Shown here: positions 36,095-47,224 of the stretch, piece after piece
How the letters are laid out: each line of letters begins with the position of its first letter
How positions within the stretch are numbered: position 1 is the stretch's first letter
Assembly (NCBI GenBank): GCA_965603825.1
Contig: CBFDEM010000036.1
Location: forward strand, 558,001 to 622,000
Length of the DNA: 64,000 nucleotides
Direction of reading: 5' to 3'
Origin: Blepharisma stoltei ATCC 30299
Lineage: Eukaryota; Protista; Ciliophora
Position numbers and translations under genes: made by a program
Notes under the pieces: generated by a model
Database searches by the model: none
Seen by the model: the letters and a program-made list of their open reading frames with translations, nothing else
What the model was told of the DNA's origin: nothing

Positions 36095-37627
36095 ATGCAA
36101 AAGATACCAACAGACATAAAAAATCCTCGCCATTCTAGAAAACAGACATTAGATGCAAACTCAATCCCAAAAGAAAACAAAATTGTGTCTACTAATCAAC
36201 AGAAGTTAAAAAACCCTGCAAACCCTAAATATTTAAGAGAAAGACATCCAAGCGTTAATTTTTCAACCAAGAATCAGCCGAATTCCCCAATCGATTTTGA
36301 ATGCAACGAAATTTTAGAAGTAATTTCTTATCCTTACAAATCCAACTCCAGCGGTGAACACATTTTTGACTGTGACCAACTCTTGACCCCGAAAGGTTCT
36401 TCTTCATTTATTCAAGAAGTCCATGGTGTTCAACCTCCCCCTCCAGAATACGAGCCTTTGCAAATTGAAGAAATTTCTGAGCCATCACTCTGGAAGCCAG
36501 AAAACAAAGAGTACGTTAATTCTATGCTAGAAAAAGAATATGAGTATATGCCAAATCCATTCGCTTTGCAGTCTGTTCAAACCAACATAACAGCCACAAT
36601 GCGCGTTATTTTGTATGACTGAATGATGGAGGTAAGCTCGGAATTTACATTAAAAAGAGAAACATTTCACTTGGCAATCACATATGTAGATCGATTTCTT
36701 TCAGCTCATAAAGGAATCAAAAAAGAAGAGTTTCAATTAATTGGCTTAACTGCTATGTATATTGCTGCCAAGATTGAAGAAGTTTATCCTCCAAAAATCT
36801 CTGATTGGGCGAAATCAGCAGATAATGGGTATTCCTTGGCTTCGATCAAGATGATGGAAAAAATCATGCTGAGCAGGCTCGAATGGAAAGTTTTTCCATC
36901 CACAATTTATAATTGGATAAATTGACTGATGAGCCAATGGGATAGATTTGTTGAGTATCATTTTGGCTGCGTAAATTACAACAAATTAAAAGACTTCGAT
37001 CATTTGGCACAAGAAGAAAAGAAAAGAGAGCAAAAAAAGTTTGAGAAAAGGATGATTGTCTTTAAGAATTCTAATCAACAGGCTTATAAAAGGTTTAGAG
37101 AATCCTTGCAGATTTTAGATATAGGGGTCTTATGTCCAGGAATCACTAAAATTACTCCTAGGACTGGAGCTGCTGGGCTGCTATATTTAATGATCAGCAA
37201 GTATTTTTATGAGACAAATTATACGTTGCTATATTATACAGGCCCAGATTACCAAGAGTCTGCACCATGCATGGCACTAAATGAATGCAATAATATATCA
37301 ATGTGCTTTGGAGATGAAGGAATTGGCCCTATTGGCTTAGAAGACCATAGAGAAGCGCAGAATTTTGAAAATGCAAGTGTGGTCCAAGAATTGTACTCTG
37401 GGTTTATTTCTTCAGCTTGTGATATAAAGAATATTGAAGATATTTATGAAGCTGTTGCATTTTTCCATCCTTACCTAGAATTCGAGGTAGTTTATGAGCT
37501 GCCATTGGTTTGCAAAGTACAAAGTAAAGCGAAGCTGGAAAGTCACTATGAGGAATTTTTGGCTTATCAAACTCACAACGTTAATAACGTTGAGTTTGTA
37601 ACTCAAAAACTAAGAGAGCAGAAATAA
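36095..37627 (+). CDS. Cyclin (A/E-like cyclin box)
   Basis: MRVILYD-(TGA=W)-MMEV..LKRETFHLAITYVDRFL..QLIGLTAMYIAAKIEEVYPP..ME..L.W; second TGA at 36923-36925. Confidence 0.94.
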
Positions 37628-37843
37628 AGCACTATTAATAATATTAGCAAATCATTCAATTTTTCACTGCTTTAACTTTGTATTTAAAATTATTTAAAAA
37701 AGCGATACTTATTATAATATCAATTCTTTAGCTATTCTTCCAGAGTAATCCAAAAAAATATATGCATAATAAAATGCGCCTTAAAAGAGAATTTCTTGCA
37801 CTTTCTCTAAGAGATTAATTAATATAATTAAATAAATTTTCTT

Positions 37844-38410
37844 TTAAAAGTCCATTGGTCTCACTTTGCTCATAGTTCGACTGCAAAACTTAAGCAAAGC
37901 TTGCTTATACCCAATAGTTAATTGATTGCAATCAGTCTCGCTCATTTCTTCTATCACTTCTATTGCCCTATGCAAATCTTCTAGACAAATAATTTCTTGT
38001 ATCCTTTTCTTATCCATTGTAAAATTAAAATTATCTCTAATCGAGCTTGGAGATAGCATCAATGGGCTTGACGTTCTTGAGTGCAAAAATTGTTTGGAAT
38101 GTCCTGAATAATGCCTCGCTCTCCCTGGTGACACCAAAACTGATCTTTGTTTAGGCGTAGTTGAACGAAAACTCGAAATGTCTTGATAATGAGAAAGTGA
38201 AGGCACAATAAAGTTCCTCGTTGATTGTGTACGAATTTCAGTGCGGAATGCTTTTCATGACAAATCTCCATTATTTTTTGGTGGCCTAAATGAAGACTCT
38301 AATTTGTATTTCAAGTCGCCCAGCCTCTCTACAGACGTTTGTCGAGATTTGCCAGCCTTATGCCCTAAGTCAAATATTCTGTCTCGAAATTGGGATTCTT
38401 TAGATGACAT
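37844..38410 (-). CDS. Hypothetical protein (~188 aa)
   Basis: ATG 38410 is in frame with ORF 37844..38206 through one TGA=Trp. Confidence 0.65.
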
Positions 38411-38529
38411 CTTTCTCTTTCTGAGGAGTAAGAAAAAGTTTTATAATAAGACAGCAAAATGGCTGATTTAGCTTTTATTTATTTCAATTAGTTTAGAGAT
38501 AGTTGCTAAAGATTATTTTAAATAGGAGC

Positions 38530-39600
38530 TTATTTGTGTTTTAAAAGAATACTCAATTCATTTTGGATAGGCTTTGAGCTTGGTGATAGAAATTTTTTGA
38601 TTCTTTCTTTTTCAGTCTTTAATTCTTCGTTGATTCATAGAGGGCTCTCATGCTGATTGATTACGTGAATTATTGCATTTAAATCTTCAACAATATCTGG
38701 ATATTTTACCATAACTTTCGCTATCAGATTACTCAAAAGCTTTTTCTGTAAAAAATAGATTGCTGTTTCCTTATCTTCTGCAAGTAACTTTATGCTTGCC
38801 AATGCGTTATGTCTAATTATGGCATTTTCATTATTTGTGTCAGTGAAAAACCTTTTTGCACACTCTTCATTTCTCGCATACTCTTTCAATTCATCAAATT
38901 TCTCTAAAATTTGTTGTAAGCTTTTATAAGCCTTATCTTTTTCATCAAGATTCCCAATTTCAGATATCAATAAAAATCCTGTATAAATATTTGAGAGCAC
39001 AGAATACTCTTCTTTAAATTCTTCTTTCAATCTGTCCTCTCCTTTGGTAAACTTGCATAACTCGCTAAATGAATTTATCAATGCAGCTTTTAAATCGCGA
39101 TTTGTAAATAACTTTGTATTTTGGTCGACTATTTTTATCAAAATGAACCCAAATGATTGTAAACTAGAAAAAAATAGAGTAATATCCCCATTCAAGCTTC
39201 TTTTGAATGACTGAGAAATTAGATCTATGCACTGTGCCATAATATATGGGTTTTGGATGTTATCTCTTGGGAATTTTTCCGCATAATAATCCACTGTCCC
39301 TAAAGCATTCTTCCATTGTGGACTTGTCTCTAAAAATAGAGCTTCTACATAAGTCTTACTCATATATGAAAATTGTATAAAGGAGCTTGCAGAAAACTCT
39401 TTCAATTTTCTCTGAACGAAATTATTTGACCCTGGATACAGAATTGCAAGGTTTGCAGTCATCACAACGCCCACTGCAATTCCAATTCCAACCCTCAAAT
39501 TTCTGTGCTTTTCATAATAATGCATGAATTTCTGCGGCAGAGTTAGCTTTCTTTTATCAAGTCTTAAGCCCATGAAATCAATGAATTGGTTTTCTTTCAT
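38530..39600 (-). CDS. Hypothetical single-TM helical protein (~356 aa)
   Basis: The 321-aa ORF continues via TGA 38635 to TAA 38530-38532; one N-proximal TM segment. Confidence 0.7.
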
Positions 39601-39616
39601 AATTTTTATTAATAAA

Positions 39617-42600
39617 TTAGCTATCTATTTTTTCTTCATGGAGAGGGTCATAGTTGTTTGGTTGAGGCTGAATATTAAGCCCTGCTGCAGCGACGTTTCT
39701 GACATCTGTCATTTCATATTCAAGCCTTTTTTGGGATCTTCTGTATTTCTTATAGAATATGAAAGCTAAAGCAACAGCGACAACTAAAATGCTTGCACTC
39801 CCCCAGATTACGAACCTCCAAATCCAATGATGAGGGGGAGGGGATCCTCTTGATACACTTATGGGGTCATAAGGAATGTAATGAAGCCAGTTTTGGTCAT
39901 GAACTGGAAGGACAGCGATTATATTGAGAATTCCATCAGATTCTGGGAACTCAGCTTCAAAGGTAGTGTTGCCTGCGCCGGATTCGCCCAGCCATATACT
40001 TCTATTGTGGATCCAGGAATAATACATTCCGCAAGCTGTAGACATCAGCTCTTCTTCGTTGGGAGTGAAAAAGATTTCATAAACAACTTCAGAGGATTTC
40101 TCATATGCGTCGTTATTTTCATATACTGGAGGCTCCCAGAATAGACTCAAAACATCTCTACCAATTCTGGTAGATTCAATCAAACCATCATGGCCTGGGA
40201 TAACTAATTTGTCTTTGGTTTGACCAGGCTTGACTACTTTTGCAATGATTTGATAAGTTGTATTTCCAGTTGAGGTATTTGCGTTTAGCTGAGAGACTGT
40301 TACAAAATATTTTCCTTGAGCGTTGTTAATATCCCCTACAATCCTTCCGTCAGCTGGTCTAGTTACTACAACATCAGGTCCATCCTGACTTAGCATCGTC
40401 CAATTTGATGAGATTTCCATTTTGACAGCTCCTTCGCAAGGTATTATGATCACTTCAAGTTTTCCTTTGGTATCAATATTGACTTCATATCTATGGGTCT
40501 TTATAGAGCTTGAGCTGGAATCAATTACTGAAGCACCTTCACGTAGCACTGTATATTGCATTGATGAAGAGCATACTAACTCAAAATCCCCAAGCTCGTC
40601 TGAGGAGTGATTTGGCCGTGTCATTCCGAAAACAGCTAAATTAATTTTGGTAGCTTGAGGCTTTGGCATGAAGACCATCTGCAAGGTATTGCTGTAATCA
40701 ATATAGTTCGAAATATTATAAGCTTGGTCATGAATACTTGGGGATGGATAATCTCTAGTAGAGTCAAAACTTCTTAAATAAATATCAGCATATACCCAAG
40801 GCTTGAATTCCTGCTGGAAAGACCTTAAATGGCAGTAGACTGGGCTATTAAAACCGTTAGGGATTTTATATGTGAAATATAGCTTATCTTGTGAATAATA
40901 TTCAAGACTGTAGGTTTGTGGCCAGCCATCAACTAAGCTGATATAACTGTTTCTGGTGGTAGCGATCACTGAGTATGAGGCATCTTCTTCTCCATAAACT
41001 GCTATATAGTAGAGTCCGATTCGCAAATTTCTGTCATTTTCTTTTATGTGAATATGCTTTATTTTGGAGCTGTCATTAGAAGTCCATAAATAGTGATTTT
41101 TATCTATGGTATCGTTTGTGTTTAAGAAAATTCGTCCGTTTCCACTGAATAAAGTAAAGGAAACATCAATGTCACTTTTATTGACTACCTGGAAATAATA
41201 ATAATGATACTCGTCAGTATTTAATCTTGAGTTATATTGAACCCCATTTTGCAGGAGTATTGAAGAAGCTGTTGTACTGACAATAATGCTATAGCTGCAA
41301 TTATAGTTATTTGCCAACACGCCAATAACAATATTACAAAGCAAGCACAGATTCGGATCATCCTTGGAGATTTTAATAGTATATCTATCAGAGCTTGATA
41401 TACTTGACCATGTGTAATTTGTACTCGTAGGCATTTTTCCATACAAATCATCATCGCTTGCATCAGGATTCGCATATAAAACCGGATCTCCCATGTTTGG
41501 CGTAACCTGTATCGTTATATCCTGCCTAGCTGAGTTCACGAAATAATAATAGTTAATAGAATTTAGCCTTACAGAACCATAAGTTGGCTGCCCTACAGTT
41601 AGTTTTGTAATTGCTTGAGAATGGCTATTAGCAGTCAATGTAAAAGAAGAAGCAGAAGCTCCATAGACTCCAATGATATAAATCCCTTTCATTGTGATGT
41701 TGCCCGTCTTAAAGTAAGTATCATTTGACATAATCGATACCAAATCACCACCCCATGACTGAGAATTCCAGTTTGAGCTTGAATGGACTGGTCTTTGGTC
41801 TCTTCCCTTGCTTACAAATAAATCAGGGTCTCCACTGCTAAGTGGAGTTACAGTGAAAACCAAGTCTGTCCAGTCCTTGTCACAATAATAGGAATAATAC
41901 ACAAACTTCCCACTCTCCACATAGCCATACTTGGATTCTCCTTCCATAAGGGTATAGACTGAGTTTTGGTTCACCTCAATCGTATATCTGCAGAAATCGC
42001 TGAAGCATAAAACTCCTACAAGGGCAATGCAGGTTCCACTTGGACACCCAGATCCCAGAGCTGTATTATTCAAATTAATTTCATCAATAAGGGAAGTGGA
42101 CATTGATAAATACTGAGCATGATACAATGTAGGCATAAGCCATGATGAAGTATTGCTGCCTGCTACAGTTGAGTCCATTAAGTTCACATATAAATCAGCG
42201 TCTCCTTGGGACGACTGAATACTAATCGATAATGGGACTAAAGTCGATGCTGAATAGTAGTAAAAGTTATATTGAGTTTTGTTTAATTGGTCAGTTTCTG
42301 GAGCTCCTGATACTAAAGCTTTAGGCAAGTTGTTCTTTGAGTGGACTCTGATTGTATAAGTGCTGGCTACGTAACCATGGATTCCAATATAAAGGTTGCA
42401 GCTTGTTTGGGTGCTTTGGCAGCCTTGCTTTATGTCACGATTATAATCAAGTGTGATGGTGTCGCTTCCGAATACATTGGAAGCATAATCAAAATTTGGC
42501 TTTGTAGGACGTGTATTATTGGGGAACACAGAAACGTAGATATCAGGATCTCCTGTTAGGGCTGTGACAGAAATGGTGACTTCTTGATGGTCTTCATGAA

Positions 42601-44803
42601 TCGGATACATATAAAAGTTGTAGCTCTTATCAGAGACTTGATCTGTATATGGCACATCATCAGATAGAATTACAGTGCCATCGCCAACTGACAAGACTAT
42701 AGAATAAGTTGAAGTATTATCATAAGCAAATTCTTCCCCGTTCACCAATATAAGATAAGTGCTATCTAGCTTATATTGAGGATCTGAAGGTAAAATATTT
42801 ATGACATTATTTGGATCACTGCCATTCGAATATCCCATCCAATTGTACCAAAAGATTTCTCTTGACCAGTCCAAGTTTTCCAGCTGATTTGCAACATATA
42901 ATGAAAATTTTCCTGTTATAGGTGTTAATGAGACTCTTATAGGCTTTTTTGTTTGCTGAGTAAAATGAATAGGGAAGTAGTAAATTCTGTAGTCAGTGTC
43001 ATTAGAGTTAAAAAGCGTATCTTTTTGAGGATGTCCTGGGTATATAAGAATTGTTGTATTTGTGCCTGGAATCGTTTCTTTGGCGACTATAGAAAAAGAG
43101 GAGGATAGAGTTGAATACACAGCGACATGATATTCTCCATTAAGTGTCTCTCCGTCTACACCTTTGGCATATTTGATGGAATCAACCATAACTCCATTTT
43201 TTCTTGATGACATTTCATAGTTGGAAGTGCTTGGCTGATAAGTTCTGCTTGAAAACAAATCTGGATCGCCTGTTATAGGTGTCAAAATGAATTCTACCTG
43301 CATTACAGTGATGTTGAAGACATTATATTTGAAGTATTTGTAATCACCTCCTGTCACACTCATAGATACTGGCCTTCCTTCTTGCAAAAATTGCTCCATC
43401 GTAGAATTATAAGTAGCTAAAACTGTATAATCGCTGCGGGAACTGGAGCTTCCTTTGACTCCGATGAGGTAAGCGCAGGTAAGGTTTGCTCTGCAAGAGT
43501 TGGCTTGGTGGCTAATCGTAATAGAGTCGCTCCCATATTGATTTCTCGAAGAATATACAGAGCTAGATTGCCCACTTAGCTCATCTTCAGTAAATGTGCA
43601 GCTTTTAACATCTGTTGATGAGCATAATTTTGCATATAAGTCAGGATTTCCCGAAAGCGCTGTTAAGTGGATTGAGATGTTATAGACAGAATTTGGAACC
43701 AGGTTTAAATAATGCATTGAAATGTCATGTGAGTCTACAAAAGATGTGAGCGGTATTCCAGGCACTAGCCATACAACACTTTCTTGATTGATTGATGCAG
43801 TTAGCCCATAAGCTGAGTGAGAAATTCCATAGATGCCGATATAGTAGTACCCAACAGACTTATTGATTCCTTGTCTCTGAGAGCTTGAGATTGTTAAAGT
43901 GTCATTTCCTACCTGAATGCTGCAAAAATCATAATCCTTTCTCGTAGGAGCTTTTCCAGCCTTCACATAAATGTCAGCATCTCCAGAAAACTGGGTAAGG
44001 AAAATTGACAGGGTTTCGTTTTCATTGTCCACATAAATTTTATAGTAATTGAATTCGCTAAAATTCACGATCCCATAGCTCGTAATTGATGCTTGTAAGT
44101 CAACGACTTCAGTCTGATTTAAATTGGCAATGACTGTAAATTGAGAATCCTCTAATGCTACAACCGCAGCTCTATACCACGTGCTCACATCTGGGACCGG
44201 ATCACTAAACGTCATTCCGGAGTGCCATGCTTTGTCAACTGGCAAAGTGTTGCTTGTCCCTGGCTCTTCACCATTCTTTGAAACGAATAGCTTGATGTCA
44301 CCATTTCTTAAAGTCACATCTATTGACAATTGTTCTGAGGCTGTATCAGGAGTCAAGAACTTATAGACTTGCTGTCTTCCTTTAGATAAAATTCCTGACA
44401 TAGGAACGCCTTCAATCAGAGTGATTTCTGACATATAAGAGACTGTTAGAGAGTACCGACAATATGTATAGCATGATACCAAAATATAATAGTCTGTTTC
44501 TGCAGAGAGCTCATCTGAAGGAATTACAATAGAGCCCATCCCCCATGTCAGACTTATCCAATCGAAGTTGTCTAAGGTCGGGGCACTCCCTTTAGAGACA
44601 ACGAGATCTGGGTCGTCTCAGTCAGAATATGTTGTCAGAGTTAATGCAAGATCTGAGCCTGTCAGATTGGAAACATGAAATAAATATAGATCAAGACCAC
44701 CCAGAAAAGAATGCTTACTACCGTCGACGGTTTGGCCGTCATGAATTGTTGTTGGTGTTGTTGATTGACTAGCTGCTAAGCCCAGCAAAAGAGCGAAGAT
44801 CAT
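39617..44803 (-). CDS. Giant type I membrane protein (~1728 aa) with ~11-13 tandem PPC-like beta-sandwich repeats
   Basis: Signal peptide MIFALLLGLAAS and TGA=Trp at 44618. A recurrent GDPDL(Y/F)V...YxIGVxG motif appears about every 115 aa. C-terminal TM followed by a tail with YEMT and YDPL. Confidence 0.88.
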
Positions 44804-44999
44804 TTATAAATGGAAATGGCTAAGAATATAAAGAAATGCTGATAAGAATATAATTATGCTAAACAACTTATAAATAAAACCTTTTCGGATGCTTTATTAA
44901 CCTTTTATTATTATCCAATAAATTTTAGCAAATATCCAGAGACAGAATGCTGACAAAAACAATTTTTTTATTCAATATTATTGAAAGCTATCATTTCAA

Positions 45000-46334
45000 T
45001 TACCCCAATTTTTGCATAATATCTTCAACTTCTTTCCTCAATCTTTGCAACTTCAAATACGTAGCTTTACTCTTCTTATCAAGAAAGACTGGCTCATCGC
45101 TTTCTTCTTTTAGGCTGATTTTTAATGTCCTATTAATTTCTTCTTGCAGCTCATTTTCTTCTGTAATTTTTTTTAACTTTTCTATTAAAGCTTGCTTTTT
45201 CTTTTCCATCCCTTTAATTTTGGACGATAATCTTTTTAGCCTTTCATTTTCTGCCTTTGCGAGCTTAATTTGCTCGCTGATTTCTGAGTGCTTTTCTTCT
45301 AGCTTTGACTCAATTTTGGACTCATACAGCAGTCTTTGCTGCTCTAGTTGGCTATTAATGAGGTAGTTGTACTCTCAAATCATTCTGTCGAGATCTTCTT
45401 TAGGCTCATCTGAAAGCTCCTCATCGAAGATAACAAGACTTGGCCCAGAGTGAACAAGTCTGTGAACATAATTATCGCCTGCATAATCCCAAATACGCTG
45501 TGTGGCAAGCTCTAAGGTAAAGCTATGCTTTGTTATTTGAAAGTGGACTTTGCCATGGGCTTCTTTATACCGACCGCACCCAAGATGTCCACAGATTAAG
45601 CAAATCCATAGTTCTGTTCTTTCTTCACAGTCTTCACATCTTTCCTCATGGCTCGCACTTTTAGCAAGCCTTAAGACTAGATCTCCAGCATTTCCTACAC
45701 TTCTGCATACCTTGCACTCATTTAAAACTCCATTTCACCTGCTCCCCATCGATTCTGCAACTTCGGTTCTCAGAACCCCAGTAATTCCGCTTATATTCAC
45801 ATCTAATCTTTCGATACAAACTGGGCACGTTGGCAATTCTTTTCAATCATCAAATATCATAGGTAAAGAACAAAAATTGACTCCAGAAAGATATACAATG
45901 TAACAATATTCATATGAGCATTCGTCAAACTCTTTGCCGTTATATTGGAAATAAAACTTGTCTGCTGATGACTGATTTTGAAAAACCAAAACTACTGAAT
46001 AATAATATGTGCTTGTCCTCAGGATCCTCAAATAAGAAAGATCATCCACAAAACTTCCCAAAAAAATCTGAATATTTTCTATCCTAATTGGCACAGCCAA
46101 AATATAGACCATATGAGATCTCTGCAAAGGCAAAAAATCTATATGAGACTGGTGGATTTCTTCTTTTAGCTCTCCTGATTCCTTAAAAAGCATGATTTTC
46201 CCCAAGGTCTCGTAAACTTCCACTCGATCAGTCAGCTGTGCAGCTACATATTCTATATCATCAGCTTGTTCATAAAGAGGATCTCTTATTGTTATTACAG
46301 AATTTTGAGGTACTTGGACACTTATACTAAACAT
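45000..46334 (-). CDS. BRAP: BRAP2/IMP/Etp1-like protein (BRAP2 domain, degenerate RING, ZnF-UBP, coiled coil)
   Basis: ADKFYFQYNGKEF, ELPTCPVCIERLD, LWICLICGHLGCGRYKEAHGKVHF, QRIWDYAGDNYVHRL, EYNYLINSQLEQQRLLYE; segments join through TGA=Trp. Confidence 0.9.
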
Positions 46335-46353
46335 ATTTTTATTAGCCTAATAA

Positions 46354-46959
46354 TTATTGATATCTAGCATACCCCGCTTTTTGTTCCTCTCTCATTTGCT
46401 GGGGCTGGCTTATAGGCTGTGTAAGGGGCACTTCTCCAAGCTCGGCTTGGACTTGTATGCCATGTTCTGAAGCGATTTGGTTTAATAAGTCATCGACTTG
46501 ACTTCTCGGCGCACTTGTCACAGTAGCTGTTTCTAATGATTGATTTATTGTGCCTGAAACAACTTCAAAGTTTTCAAAGACGCTCTCGAATTGATTCATG
46601 GTCCTAGCAATGACCTCAGGGTTCATACTTTTTAAAGCAGAATTCATCTGTGGGACGATGTGGCCAAACTGTTTGGTTAATTCTTGGGTTCTAGATGCAG
46701 AACGAAGACGGGATTGCACTGCATCTAATTTTGAGGACAAACGCAAGTAATTCAGGCTTTCGTTGTGAAATCTTATTGAGTTTTCCCCATAGATCCTAGC
46801 ATTATCAATCATCCCTTTTCTGAGACTTGCTGCAGCTTTTTGTTTTTCGATGTTGCACTGCTGCTCGCTTCGTTGGGATTCTTTAGCAAGCTGCTTGGAA
46901 CCCATTCTTAAGTTGAAAATTGTGTCTTCAAGTGTTTCTTTTGACCCTCTTGCTCCCAT
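46354..46959 (-). CDS. CHMP1: ESCRT-III CHMP1/Did2/Vps46
   Basis: IFNLRMGSKQLAKES..ARIYGENSIR..YLRLSSKLDAVQSR..MNQFE..VDDLLNQIA. Confidence 0.9.
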   Translation of the reverse strand: MGARGSKETLEDTIFNLRMGSKQLAKESQRSEQQCNIEKQKAAASLRKGMIDNARIYGENSIRFHNESLNYLRLSSKLDAVQSRLRSASRTQELTKQFGHIVPQMNSALKSMNPEVIARTMNQFESVFENFEVVSGTINQSLETATVTSAPRSQVDDLLNQIASEHGIQVQAELGEVPLTQPISQPQQMREEQKAGYARYQ

Positions 46960-47015
46960 TTATACAAAAAATTTGTTATCAGATAGTGATACTTCAAAAA
47001 TTCTTTTAATAAACA

Positions 47016-47192
47016 ATGGAAGCAGAGCAAGCTATCAAAGAGCATCTGAACATAAAAGCCCTGGATGATAAAATCTGCAAAATGCCTGTGCAAGGATTCA
47101 AGCTTTGCATTGACGTCAAAGGTATAGAGAACTGCAAAGACTTTTTAGAACTCATCAAGCTTTGCTATAAAAACAAAGGACGCTTACTTTAA
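47016..47192 (+). CDS. Twin CX9C (CHCH) mitochondrial intermembrane-space microprotein, 58 aa; not in the ORF track
   Basis: MEAEQAIKEHLNIKALDDKI-C-KMPVQGFKL-C-IDVKGIEN-C-KDFLELIKL-C-YKNKGRLL*; two exact CX9C motifs; ATG in an aaacaATG context. Confidence 0.8.
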   Translation: MEAEQAIKEHLNIKALDDKICKMPVQGFKLCIDVKGIENCKDFLELIKLCYKNKGRLL

Positions 47193-47224
47193 CTTTTAAA
47201 AATAATCTGAGTAATCTAATTTTA

